A stretch of 32,000 bases of DNA from Parasphingopyxis marina. Its GTDB lineage: Bacteria > Pseudomonadota > Alphaproteobacteria > Sphingomonadales > Sphingomonadaceae. The translations under genes were made by a program, and so were the position numbers. Below are positions 16,605-25,054 of this stretch, one piece after another; position 1 is the first letter of the stretch; the number at the start of each line of letters is the position of its first letter. The notes beneath the pieces are model-generated. The model ran no database searches. It saw nothing but the letters and a program-made list of their open reading frames with translations, and was not told the origin of the DNA. The stretch is taken from NCBI RefSeq assembly GCF_014237875.1, contig NZ_JACJVJ010000002.1, positions 741,300 through 773,299 on the forward strand, in the 5' to 3' direction.

Positions 16605-17063
16605 ATGGGTACCGTCAAGATCAATGAAATGATGAACATGGCCGGCCAGGAACTGGGCACGTCCGAATGGGTGACCGTCGATCAGGAGATGATCGACAAA
16701 TTTGCCGATGCCACCGGTGACCATCAGTTCATCCACGTCAATCCGGAAGCCGCCAAGATGACGCCGTTCGGCACCACCATCGCGCATGGTTTCCTCACCC
16801 TGTCGCTGATGCCCATGCTGATGCAGAAATCGGATATGCCCCGCCCTGAAGGCATCAAGATGGGCGTCAACTATGGCGGCAACAAGGTCCGCTTTCTGGC
16901 CCCCGTGAAATGCGATAGCCGCGTGCGCGGCCGGTTCAAGCTGCTCGAAATGATCGAGAAGCGGCCGGGCCAGTATCAGCAGACGATCGAATTCACGGTC
17001 GAGATCGAGGGCGAGGACAAGCCCGCGCTCGTCGCCGAATGGATCAGCCAGTTTTTCATTTGA
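16605..17063 (+). CDS. MaoC-family (hot-dog fold) dehydratase
   Basis: ...FADATGDHQFIHVNPEAAKMTPFGTTIAHGFLTLSL... is the typical MaoC dehydratase motif. An SD (GAGAGGGAA) precedes the ATG. Confidence 0.85.
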   Translation: MGTVKINEMMNMAGQELGTSEWVTVDQEMIDKFADATGDHQFIHVNPEAAKMTPFGTTIAHGFLTLSLMPMLMQKSDMPRPEGIKMGVNYGGNKVRFLAPVKCDSRVRGRFKLLEMIEKRPGQYQQTIEFTVEIEGEDKPALVAEWISQFFI

Positions 17064-17118
17064 TTTAACCTCCCCGGGGAAGGCTTAACCTTCCACCAGC
17101 AAATCAAGGAGCTTCACC

Positions 17119-18297
17119 ATGCGTGACGCCGTCATCGTTTCCACCGCCCGCACCCCGATCGGCAAGGCCTATCGCGGCGCGTACAACGCCACCCTCGGCC
17201 CGACTTTGGGCAGCTTTTCGGTCAAGGCCGCCGTCGAACGCGCCGGTATCGAAGGCGGCGAGGTCGACGATTGCATCATGGGCGCCGCCCTGCAGCAGGG
17301 CACGACGGCCGGCAACATCGCCCGCCAGGTCGCGCTGCGCGCCGGGCTTCCCTATACCGTATCGGGCATGTCGATGGACCGGCAATGCTCGTCGGGCCTG
17401 ATGTCGATCGCGACTGCCGCCAAACAGGTGATCGTCGACCGGATGGATGTCGTCGTCGCCGGAGGACTCGAATCCATCTCGCTCGTCCAGACCAAGGAAA
17501 TGCGCGTCCAGCCCGATCCGGAGCTGCTCGCCATGCACAAGGACGTCTACATGCCGATGCTGGGGACCGCCGAGACGGTCGCCAAGCGTTACGACATCAG
17601 CCGCGAGGCGATGGACGAATATTCGCTGGAATCGCAGCGCCGCACCGCCGCCGCCCAGGAGGCCGGCAAATTCGACGACGAGATCATCGAAACCACCACG
17701 ACCAAGGTAAATGTCGACAAGGAAACCGGCGAAACCAGCCAGGAAGAAGTGACGATTTCCAAGGACGAGGGCAACCGGCCCAGCACCACGCTCGAAGGGC
17801 TGCAGGCCCTGCAGCCGGTGATGGGCCCGGGCATGACGATTACCGCGGGCAACGCTTCGCAGCTGTCCGACGGTTCCTCGGCCTGTGTCGTGATGGAAGC
17901 CGCTCTCGCCGAGAAGAAGGGGCTTGCGCCGCTCGGCCGCTATGTCGGCATGGCCGTTGCCGGCACCGAGCCCGACGAAATGGGTATCGGCCCGGTTTTC
18001 GCAATTCCCAAGCTGCTCGAACGCTTCGATCTCGGCATCGACGATATCGGCCTTTGGGAGCTCAACGAGGCGTTCGCCGTTCAGGTGATCTATTGCCGCG
18101 ACAAGCTCGGCATTCCGAACGACTTGCTCAACGTCAATGGCGGATCGATCTCGATCGGCCATCCCTATGGCATGACGGGCGCCCGCTGCACGGGCCATGC
18201 GCTGATCGAGGGCAAGCGCCGCGGCGCGAAATATGTCGTCGTGACGATGTGCGTCGGCGGCGGCATGGGCGCGGCCGGACTGTTCGAAGTTCTCTAG
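17119..18297 (+). CDS. Acetyl-CoA C-acyltransferase (thiolase)
   Basis: [20 protein letters not shown]...[11 protein letters not shown] (active-site Cys)...[17 protein letters not shown]...[16 protein letters not shown]. An SD (AAGGAG) lies upstream. Confidence 0.92.
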   Translation: MRDAVIVSTARTPIGKAYRGAYNATLGPTLGSFSVKAAVERAGIEGGEVDDCIMGAALQQGTTAGNIARQVALRAGLPYTVSGMSMDRQCSSGLMSIATAAKQVIVDRMDVVVAGGLESISLVQTKEMRVQPDPELLAMHKDVYMPMLGTAETVAKRYDISREAMDEYSLESQRRTAAAQEAGKFDDEIIETTTTKVNVDKETGETSQEEVTISKDEGNRPSTTLEGLQALQPVMGPGMTITAGNASQLSDGSSACVVMEAALAEKKGLAPLGRYVGMAVAGTEPDEMGIGPVFAIPKLLERFDLGIDDIGLWELNEAFAVQVIYCRDKLGIPNDLLNVNGGSISIGHPYGMTGARCTGHALIEGKRRGAKYVVVTMCVGGGMGAAGLFEVL

Positions 18298-18309
18298 AAA
18301 AGAGCCGTC

Positions 18310-19890
18310 TTAAGTCGTGATCAGTCCCGGCGGCGTGGGCACCTGCTCGCGCCGCGGGACGGGTCGCGGATCGGTCGACGGCCATAGCTCGCGGGGCAAC
18401 AGCCTCAGCCGCCGGTCGAACGCCTCCCGGACATCGTCGCGCGCCAGAAGCCGCTGCCACATGGCGCGCAGATAGACGGTCATCCCGGACCCCAGCATTT
18501 CGTCGGTCAGGAACTGGTCGGCGATCTGCTCGGCCCCTTCCCGCGTTTCCAGCGTCGCAATAGCGAGCGCGGCGGCGCGGTCGTCGTCGCCAAAGCAGAG
18601 CTGCGCCTCGATCGCCGCCGCCGGATTGTCTTCGCGATTCCCGGCGAGCGCCGCCGCCAATGGTGCGGCTTCGTCGCGGCGGTCGAGCGCCGTCAGCGCG
18701 CAGATTTCGGTACGCCGCAGCCAGGAACGGCCATAGGCGCTCAGACGACCTTCCAGCCCCGCCATTCCCTGCCGCGCGACCGCAAGGGCTGCTTCGGGGC
18801 GGTGGAGGATATCGAGAAATTCGGCCAGAGACACATAGGCGCTCGGTACGAAGGGCGTGACTTGGGGATCGAGGGACGTCACCGATTCGAGTATGGCGAT
18901 CGCCGCATCGTCCTCACCCAGCGCGATCAGCGTTCCCGCACGAATACGCGCGGTGACAAAGGTCGCTTCGTCCATGTCGGCGCTCACTGTGGCGCGCTCT
19001 GCGATCTCGGCGGCCATGTTCAACCGGCCGAGCAGCCGGTAGGCGATTACGGCGTCGCGCAGCGCTGCGCTGTCGCCGCCATTGTTCGCATATCCGTCGA
19101 GCCGGGCGCGCGCGTACAAATCGATCGCGCGCCCCTGTTCGGCGCCGAGCGTCTCTTCGATGGCGGGCCAGAGCGGCTCATAGTGCCGATCGATCGCCAT
19201 CGTCGTTAGCGTCATCGGGGATTCGATCCGGTCCATCAGGGCGCCGGCCGCGTCGCTGTTGCCGTCCTTCAGATGGGCATCGATCGCGCCGGCCGCAATC
19301 GTTTCGCGCATGTCGGGCAGGTCGGGCGGCTGCCAGTCGGCCTCGGCAAGCGCAATGTTGAGCCGATCGCGCAATTCATAATTTTCGGAAACCGCCAGGT
19401 CCTGCAGGATCGATCGCAACGCCCAGCTGTTGAGCTGGCCGAGCTGCCCCGGATGCTGTTCGGCCAGGGCGATCATATGCTGGGCCGCCTCGGTCTGCCG
19501 ATCGCCATTGAGCGCTGCAATGACGCCGAACACCATGACCTGCGGATTATCCGGCGCTGCCTCGGCAAGCTCGCGATAAACGGCTTCGAAATCCTCGTTG
19601 CGCCGAAGGTCGGCCAGGCATGGCGCGCGCAGGAACTGAAGGATCGTGCGCATGTCGCCGCCGGCGCGCGGCAGCAGCGGATCGAGCCGGGCCAGTACGG
19701 CCTCGCAATCGCCGGTCGATAATATCCGCTGTACGTCTTCGACCGCGCCCCGCAGTTCCTCCTGGCTCAGGTTCGACGCCGCTTCGATATCCGCGGCGTT
19801 GGGCCGGTCGATCTTGAACGCCGCGCTTGGCTGTGTCGCGGCGAAGGCGGCACATCCGGCAAGAGCGATGGCGATGACCGCCCTAGTCAT
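18310..19890 (-). CDS. Exported helical-repeat (TPR-like) protein, probable lipoprotein, unknown function
   Basis: MTRAVIAIALAGCAAFAA... carries a lipobox-like LAGC. The rest is Ala/Leu/Asp/Arg-rich helical sequence. The ATG (19890) overlaps the phaZ stop by 8 nt. Confidence 0.7.
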   Translation of the reverse strand: MTRAVIAIALAGCAAFAATQPSAAFKIDRPNAADIEAASNLSQEELRGAVEDVQRILSTGDCEAVLARLDPLLPRAGGDMRTILQFLRAPCLADLRRNEDFEAVYRELAEAAPDNPQVMVFGVIAALNGDRQTEAAQHMIALAEQHPGQLGQLNSWALRSILQDLAVSENYELRDRLNIALAEADWQPPDLPDMRETIAAGAIDAHLKDGNSDAAGALMDRIESPMTLTTMAIDRHYEPLWPAIEETLGAEQGRAIDLYARARLDGYANNGGDSAALRDAVIAYRLLGRLNMAAEIAERATVSADMDEATFVTARIRAGTLIALGEDDAAIAILESVTSLDPQVTPFVPSAYVSLAEFLDILHRPEAALAVARQGMAGLEGRLSAYGRSWLRRTEICALTALDRRDEAAPLAAALAGNREDNPAAAIEAQLCFGDDDRAAALAIATLETREGAEQIADQFLTDEMLGSGMTVYLRAMWQRLLARDDVREAFDRRLRLLPRELWPSTDPRPVPRREQVPTPPGLITT

Positions 19891-21100
19891 GCGTGGCGAT
19901 CCACTCCTCCAGCACCGGCGCGATCCGTTCGCGCCATTTGCGCCCGTGGAAGATTCCGTAATGGCCCACTTCCTTGGCCAGATGATATTGTTTCTTGTCC
20001 TCGGGCAGGGCGCTGGAAAGCGTCAGCGCCGCCTTGGTCTGGCCGACGCCGGAAATATCGTCGCGCTCTCCCTCGATGGCCAATATGCCGATATCCTTGA
20101 TCGCCGAGGGATCGACGAGTTCGCCCCGATGCGTGAATTCGCCGTTCGGCAGCGCATGGGTCTGGAACACGACCTCGACGGTCTGCAGGTAGAATTCGGC
20201 GGTCATGTCACAGACCGAGCGATATTCGTCATAGAAATCCTTGGTCTGGTCGGCGCTATCGCCATCGCCTTCGACGAGATGCTTGAACATCTCCCAATGG
20301 CTGATCAGATGGTTGCCGAGGTTCATCGACATGAAGCCCGCCAACTGCAGGAAACCGGGATACACCTTACGCCCGCCGCCCGGATAGTAGAGCGGCACGG
20401 TGGCGACCACATTCTGCTCGAACCAGGCAAGCGGACGCTGGGTCGCCAGGGTGTTGACCGCGGTCGGCGCCTCGCGCGTATCAATCGGCCCACCCATCAT
20501 GGTGAGCGTGCGCGGTCGATCGGGATGCTTGTTGGCCGACATCACCGCCGCCGCCGCATAGCTCGGCACCGAGGGCTGGCAAACAGCGAGCATGTGCGCG
20601 CCCGGCCCGATATGTTCGAGAAAGCCGATCAGATAATCGATATAGTCGTCGAGATCGAACTTGCCGTCGGACAGCGGCACCGTCTTCGCGTCGCGCCAGT
20701 CGGTGATCCAGACGTCATGGCCCGGGATCATGCGCGCGACGGTATCGCGAAGCAGGGTCGCATAATGGCCGGACATCGGGGCGACGATCAGCAGCTTGGG
20801 TTGCCCTTCCACGCCGTCCTTCACGAAATGCTTGAGCTGGCCGAACGGTTGCCGTGCCTCAATCTGGATCGATACCGGCACGTCCTTGCCGTCGACGATC
20901 GTGGAATCGATGCCGAATACCGGCTTACCGCGGGGGGCCGAAGCGTGCGAGAACACATCGAGCGCCGACGCGACCACCGGCCCCATGCCCATATAGGCAA
21001 AAGGGTTGACCGGATTCTGGAGCATTTCGGCACCCCAACCCGCCATCGCGCTGGCGCCTGCCAGCATCGATCGCTGCATCTCGTAGAGACTATAGAGCAT
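19883..21100 (-). CDS. phaZ: Intracellular polyhydroxyalkanoate (PHB) depolymerase PhaZ
   Basis: ATG 21100, with an SD (GAAGGA) 7 nt upstream, gives MLYSLYEMQRSMLAGASAMAGWGAEMLQNPVNPFAYMG.... From memory this matches the conserved N-terminus of TIGR01849-type intracellular depolymerases. The upstream 31 codons of the listed ORF look non-coding. Confidence 0.85.
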   Translation of the reverse strand: MLYSLYEMQRSMLAGASAMAGWGAEMLQNPVNPFAYMGMGPVVASALDVFSHASAPRGKPVFGIDSTIVDGKDVPVSIQIEARQPFGQLKHFVKDGVEGQPKLLIVAPMSGHYATLLRDTVARMIPGHDVWITDWRDAKTVPLSDGKFDLDDYIDYLIGFLEHIGPGAHMLAVCQPSVPSYAAAAVMSANKHPDRPRTLTMMGGPIDTREAPTAVNTLATQRPLAWFEQNVVATVPLYYPGGGRKVYPGFLQLAGFMSMNLGNHLISHWEMFKHLVEGDGDSADQTKDFYDEYRSVCDMTAEFYLQTVEVVFQTHALPNGEFTHRGELVDPSAIKDIGILAIEGERDDISGVGQTKAALTLSSALPEDKKQYHLAKEVGHYGIFHGRKWRERIAPVLEEWIATHD

Positions 21101-21161
21101 CGAATGTCCTTCAACGCGGCTTCGCCGCAGGGCCGGCCATTCTATTCCTCCTTGGGGTCGC

Positions 21162-21174
21162 GTTGCAATGCAAC
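21162..21174. promoter_or_regulatory. Palindrome GTTGCA-A-TGCAAC in the AT/TGC-rich phaZ upstream region; candidate regulator (PhaR-like?) site
   Basis: 6-1-6 inverted repeat read directly. It is followed by ...CATAGCAAAAAACTGCACATTG (further TGC/GCA elements). It lies 62-74 nt upstream of the phaZ ATG and 54-66 nt upstream of the divergent ABC gene. Confidence 0.3.
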
Positions 21175-21227
21175 ATAGCAAAAAACTGCACATTGAGCCG
21201 CCCGCGCCGCGCTGCTAGGCCCGGCGC

Positions 21228-23003
21228 ATGGCCGACAGCGAAAACGACGCGCCGCCCTCGCGGAAACTGGGCAATCTCGGGCTTATCTGGCGCTTCGCGA
21301 TCCGTTATCCAGGGCGCATCGTCGGCGCCGGACTGACGCTTCTGGTCGCCGCGGCTGCAACTCTTGCAATCCCCGACGGCTTCCGCCGCATCATCGATAA
21401 CGGCTTCACCGGCGCAGAATCGAACATTGGCGAGTATTTTTATTACCTGATCATGATCGTCGTGGTGCTCGCCATCGCCACATCGCTGCGCTTCTACTTC
21501 GTATCCTGGCTCGGCGAGCGCGTCGTCGCCGATCTCAGGATCGCCACCCACCGCAACCTGCTGGCTCTCGACCCCAAATATTTCGAGGAGAATCGCCCGT
21601 CCGAAATCGCCTCGCGAATGACGTCCGACACCTCGGTGATCGAGATGATCGTCGGCACCACGATTTCGGTGGCGCTGCGCAATATCGTGATGGGGATCGG
21701 CGGCATCGTCTACCTGTTCACCCTTTCGCCCAAGCTCGCCGCGATGCTGGTGCTCGGCATTCCCGCCATCATCCTTCCGATCACCATTCTCGGCCGGCGG
21801 CTACGCGATCTGTCGCGCCACAGCCAGGACCGGATCGCCGATGTCGGCGCGATGATCGCCGAAACGCTCGGCGCGATGAAGGTCGTCCAGGCGTTCGGAC
21901 AGGAAAAGCGTGAGAGCCAACGCTTCGGCAAGGCCGTCGAACAGGCCTTTGGCACTGCGAAACGGCGGATCACCATCCGCGCGATCATGACAGCGATCGT
22001 GATCACCTTGATCTTCGGCGCGATCACCATGGTGATGTGGCAGGCGGCGTCGGACGTGATTTCGGGCCGGATCAGCGGCGGCGCCGTCGCGGCCTTCGTG
22101 CTGACGGGCATGATCGTTGCCGGCGCCTTCGGCGCACTGACCGAAGTCTATGGCGAGTTGATGCGCGGCGCCGGCGCCGCCGGCCGCCTCGACGAGCTGC
22201 TGCGCGAAGTTCCGGAGATTCGGCCGCCTGCCCACCCCAAAGCGCTACCGGCCGAAAGCCGCGGCGCGCTGGGGTTCGAACATGTGACCTTCCGCTATCC
22301 CACACGCCCCGAAACCAAGGCGCTCGACGATTTCGATCTCACGATCGAACCCGGGGAACTCGTCGCCGTCGTCGGCCCGTCGGGCGCCGGCAAATCGACG
22401 CTCTTCCAGCTCGCCCAGCGCTTCTACGATCCCGAACAGGGCCGGATCACGCTCGATGGCGTCGATCTCAAGGAAGCGGACCCGGCCGCCATTCGCGCGC
22501 GCATCGCCATGGTGCCGCAGGAAACCGTGATCTTCGCATCCTCGGCGCGCGACAATCTGCGCTATGGCGACTGGGAAGCGAATGACGAGGCGCTGTGGGA
22601 AGCCGCAGAGGCCGCCAACGCCGCTGGATATCTCCGCGCGCTTCCCGACGGCCTCGACACCTATATGGGCGAAGGCGGCGCACGGCTTTCGGGCGGACAA
22701 AGGCAGCGTCTGGCGATTGCGCGCGCGCTGCTCCGCGATGCGCCCCTCCTGCTGCTGGACGAGGCGACATCGGCGCTCGACGCGGAATCCGAACAGCTGG
22801 TTCAGCAGGCGCTGGAGCGGCTTATGGAAAACCGTACGACGATCGTCATCGCCCACCGGCTTGCCACCGTGCGCTCGGCCGATCGCATCGTGGTGATGGA
22901 CGATGGCCGGATCGTCGAGCAGGGCAGCCACTCGGTGCTTGCCGGACAGGGCGGCCTGTACGCCCGGCTTGCCCAGCTCCAGTTTGAAAGCGACGCCGCC
23001 TAG
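21228..23003 (+). CDS. ABC transporter, fused permease/ATP-binding half-transporter (ABCB/MsbA-like exporter)
   Basis: Six-TM N-terminal domain, then Walker A GPSGAGKST, signature LSGGQRQRLAIARAL, Walker B LLLLDEATSALD and H-loop IVIAHRL. Confidence 0.9.
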   Translation: MADSENDAPPSRKLGNLGLIWRFAIRYPGRIVGAGLTLLVAAAATLAIPDGFRRIIDNGFTGAESNIGEYFYYLIMIVVVLAIATSLRFYFVSWLGERVVADLRIATHRNLLALDPKYFEENRPSEIASRMTSDTSVIEMIVGTTISVALRNIVMGIGGIVYLFTLSPKLAAMLVLGIPAIILPITILGRRLRDLSRHSQDRIADVGAMIAETLGAMKVVQAFGQEKRESQRFGKAVEQAFGTAKRRITIRAIMTAIVITLIFGAITMVMWQAASDVISGRISGGAVAAFVLTGMIVAGAFGALTEVYGELMRGAGAAGRLDELLREVPEIRPPAHPKALPAESRGALGFEHVTFRYPTRPETKALDDFDLTIEPGELVAVVGPSGAGKSTLFQLAQRFYDPEQGRITLDGVDLKEADPAAIRARIAMVPQETVIFASSARDNLRYGDWEANDEALWEAAEAANAAGYLRALPDGLDTYMGEGGARLSGGQRQRLAIARALLRDAPLLLLDEATSALDAESEQLVQQALERLMENRTTIVIAHRLATVRSADRIVVMDDGRIVEQGSHSVLAGQGGLYARLAQLQFESDAA

Positions 23004-23132
23004 CGCGTCCATACCGAAGGCGGTAGGCGCTGGCCCCGGGAAGGGAGGTCGCCGTCTCTCCCCCACGCTATGCAGGCGAACGCGGCTGCGAGGCCCGCCT
23101 GCGCGAACCGCGCCAAACCCCCTCGCCCTTGG

Positions 23133-23158
23133 AACGCCCAAAGAAAAAGGCGGGTTCC
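23133..23158 (-). promoter_or_regulatory. Second perfect GGAAC-N17-CGTT box, partly inside the exbD terminator, pointing antisense toward the ABC transporter 3' end
   Basis: The minus strand reads GGAAC (23158-23154), CCGCCTTTTTCTTTGGG (17 nt), CGTT (23136-23133). No annotated gene lies downstream on this strand. Confidence 0.3.
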
Positions 23159-23181
23159 GAAGAACCCGCCTCTATTCTTTT
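23149..23181. terminator. Bidirectional rho-independent terminator between the ABC transporter gene and the tonB-exbBD operon
   Basis: 9-bp GC-rich stem GGCGGGTTC / GAACCCGCC with loop CGAA. On the minus strand it is followed by TTTTTCTTT, and on the plus strand by TCTATTCTTTT. Confidence 0.75.
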
Positions 23182-23197
23182 GAGAGGAATCGCGACC

Positions 23198-23632
23198 CTA
23201 GAAGTTGCGGTAATTCTCGTTGCCGATGAAGCCCATATTGCTCACCTGGGCACGCCGGGTGACGGCCAGGACTTCGTCGACCATGTTGTAATCCGCCTGG
23301 GGATCCGGGAACATGTGCAGTTCCGGCACCGGCGACATGGTGACGGTGATGTCGAGATACTGGCGCAGCGTCTGCGTCGTCACCGGCTCACCATTCCAGA
23401 GGATCTGGCGGGTCGGCGAGATATAGACCTCGTTCTTCACCGGATCGATGACATTTTCCGGCGGCGGCTCGTCACTCGCCACCGGAAGATCGATCTTCAC
23501 CGCGTGGGTCTGGATCGGGATGGTGATGATGAACATGATGAGAAGCACCAGCATGACGTCGATAAGCGGCGTCGTGTTGATGTCCATCATGGGTTCGTCA
23601 TCGCCACCCTCTGAAGCTACCTTGGCACCCAT
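23198..23632 (-). CDS. exbD: ExbD/TolR-family biopolymer transport protein (second paralog)
   Basis: ...MMDINTTPLIDVMLVLLIMFIITIP... is the canonical ExbD N-terminal TM motif. An SD (CAGGAG) lies upstream. Confidence 0.9.
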   Translation of the reverse strand: MGAKVASEGGDDEPMMDINTTPLIDVMLVLLIMFIITIPIQTHAVKIDLPVASDEPPPENVIDPVKNEVYISPTRQILWNGEPVTTQTLRQYLDITVTMSPVPELHMFPDPQADYNMVDEVLAVTRRAQVSNMGFIGNENYRNF

Positions 23633-23660
23633 ATTCTATAACTCCTGAAACAGACTTCGC

Positions 23661-24158
23661 TTACAGCCGCTGGATGCCCTGACCCGGCGTCGGTTCGGAA
23701 ATGAACCCGACACGGGAAAAGCCCGCTTGCTGCATGATGTAGATCGGACCGCCGATGCACCGCCACGGCGTCGAAACGTCACCGCGAATGTGAACCTCGG
23801 GCAGATCGTCCTCGGTCATGTTATCGACGCCGCCGAACCGTTCGACCTCGTCCTCGATGTGCGAAATGGCGCGGTTCAGCAGCTCGGTCGAATTGACCGG
23901 CGTCAAATTCCAGTAAACCTCGCACGCCCCGTTATCGGCGGCCCGGATCGAAAGCGCGACATTTTCCGGCTTCGTCGTCGTCGGCAGCAGCCGGACCGAA
24001 GGCAGGTTCACGTCAACCGTCTGGATAACCACCGGGACGGCGATCAGGAAGATGATGAGGAGCACCAGCATGACATCCACGAGCGGAGTCGTGTTGATGT
24101 CGGACATCGGGATTTCTTCGCCGTCTCCGCTGCCCGATGGCGCAACATTCATAGCCAT
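23661..24158 (-). CDS. exbD: ExbD/TolR-family biopolymer transport protein (first paralog)
   Basis: ...MSDINTTPLVDVMLVLLIIFLIAVP.... An SD (AAGGATAGGA) lies upstream. Confidence 0.9.
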   Translation of the reverse strand: MAMNVAPSGSGDGEEIPMSDINTTPLVDVMLVLLIIFLIAVPVVIQTVDVNLPSVRLLPTTTKPENVALSIRAADNGACEVYWNLTPVNSTELLNRAISHIEDEVERFGGVDNMTEDDLPEVHIRGDVSTPWRCIGGPIYIMQQAGFSRVGFISEPTPGQGIQRL

Positions 24159-24191
24159 GAAATCGATCCTATCCTTGCTCTAACTATAAAC

Positions 24192-24246
24192 GATGCGGCG
24201 TCCGCATCGCGGCTGTGGGGAGGCGGCACGGTCTGCGCCGCCTCCC
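24192..24246 (-). promoter_or_regulatory. Two consecutive stable hairpins in the exbB-exbD1 spacer (intra-operon attenuator or processing/stability element candidate)
   Basis: The first is GGGAGGCGGC-N9-GCCGCCTCCC (24218-24246, perfect 10-bp stem). The second is GATGCGG-N3-CCGCATC (24192-24208, 7-bp stem). In transcript orientation the second is followed by GTTTATAGTT. Confidence 0.35.
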
Positions 24247-24254
24247 GTCACAGA

Positions 24255-24995
24255 CTATTTCTTCGCGGCGGGCTTCGGAGCAGCTGCCGCAGCCGGGGCT
24301 GCGGGCTTCACGGCGCCATCGGACATGATGTACCCGTGAATCTGGTTCGAAAATGCCGAAAGCTCCTCGGCGACCGTCTTGTTGCGACGGAGCAGCCAGT
24401 TATAGGCCATAACCGCCGGAACGGCCACGATCAGGCCGAGCGCCGTCATGATAAGCGCCTCGCCGACCGGGCCCGCAACCGCGTCGATCGACGCCTGACC
24501 GGCAGCGCCGATCTTCACGAGCGCGCGATAGATGCCGACAACCGTGCCGAACAGGCCGACGAACGGCGCCGTCGAACCCACCGTAGCGAGAACCGCAAGG
24601 CCTTCGCCGAGCTTCGAGTTGACCGAACCCACCGAACGGTTGAGCGCGTTGACCGTCCATTCATGCGCTTCGACCGGATCGGTCAGCTGGTCATGATGTT
24701 CGCGGGCAACCAGGCCGTCTTCGACGATCTGGCGATAGGCGCTGTTCTTTTCCAGCTTGGCGGCGCCTTCACGAAGGCTGTTCGCCCGCCAGAAATTGGC
24801 ACGGGCACGCTTGCCCTGGTTCAGGATCTTCTGCTGCTCGAACCATTTCGTGAACAGGATGTACCAGGACGCGGCGGACATGATCACAAGGATCCCGAAC
24901 GTAGCCTGGGCAACGATGCCGCCCTCACTCAGGGCCTGCTGGATGCCATAGGGATTTTCAGCCGTAGCTTCTGCTGCTGCTGCTTCAGTAGACAT
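24255..24995 (-). CDS. exbB: MotA/TolQ/ExbB proton-channel protein
   Basis: ATG 24995 (the listed start 25001 is a TTG) has an SD (GAGAGGAAG). There are three TM segments, and ...LATVGSTAPFVGLFGTVVGIYRAL... is the typical ExbB/TolQ motif. Confidence 0.9.
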   Translation of the reverse strand: MSTEAAAAEATAENPYGIQQALSEGGIVAQATFGILVIMSAASWYILFTKWFEQQKILNQGKRARANFWRANSLREGAAKLEKNSAYRQIVEDGLVAREHHDQLTDPVEAHEWTVNALNRSVGSVNSKLGEGLAVLATVGSTAPFVGLFGTVVGIYRALVKIGAAGQASIDAVAGPVGEALIMTALGLIVAVPAVMAYNWLLRRNKTVAEELSAFSNQIHGYIMSDGAVKPAAPAAAAAPKPAAKK

Positions 24996-25023
24996 GTTCA
25001 ACTTCCTCTCAAATAAAGAAAAA

Positions 25024-25040
25024 TCGAATCATCGATTCGA
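25024..25040. promoter_or_regulatory. AT-rich inverted repeat TCGAATC-ATC-GATTCGA in the tonB-exbB spacer, carrying two GANTC sites
   Basis: 7-bp arms read directly, lying in a locally AT-rich 59-nt spacer. In transcript orientation it is followed by TTTTTCTTTATTT. GAATC is at 25026-25030 and GATTC at 25034-25038. Confidence 0.35.
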
Positions 25041-25054
25041 AAAACTAGCCAAAA

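Noticed and set aside
17065-17094. TTAACC...CCCCGGGG...TTAACC direct repeat and palindrome between maoC and the thiolase gene
   Set aside because: The TTAA spacing is 16 nt, not the 7 nt of a CtrA box. The CCCCGGGG stem is too short with no loop or U-tract. It is probably just spacer plus the SD region.
23070-23183. 37-codon + strand ORF (MQANAAARPACANRAKPPRPWNAQRKRRVPKNPPLFF) in the ABC/exbD gap
   Set aside because: It reads straight through the terminator hairpin, has no SD, and has a basic low-complexity composition.
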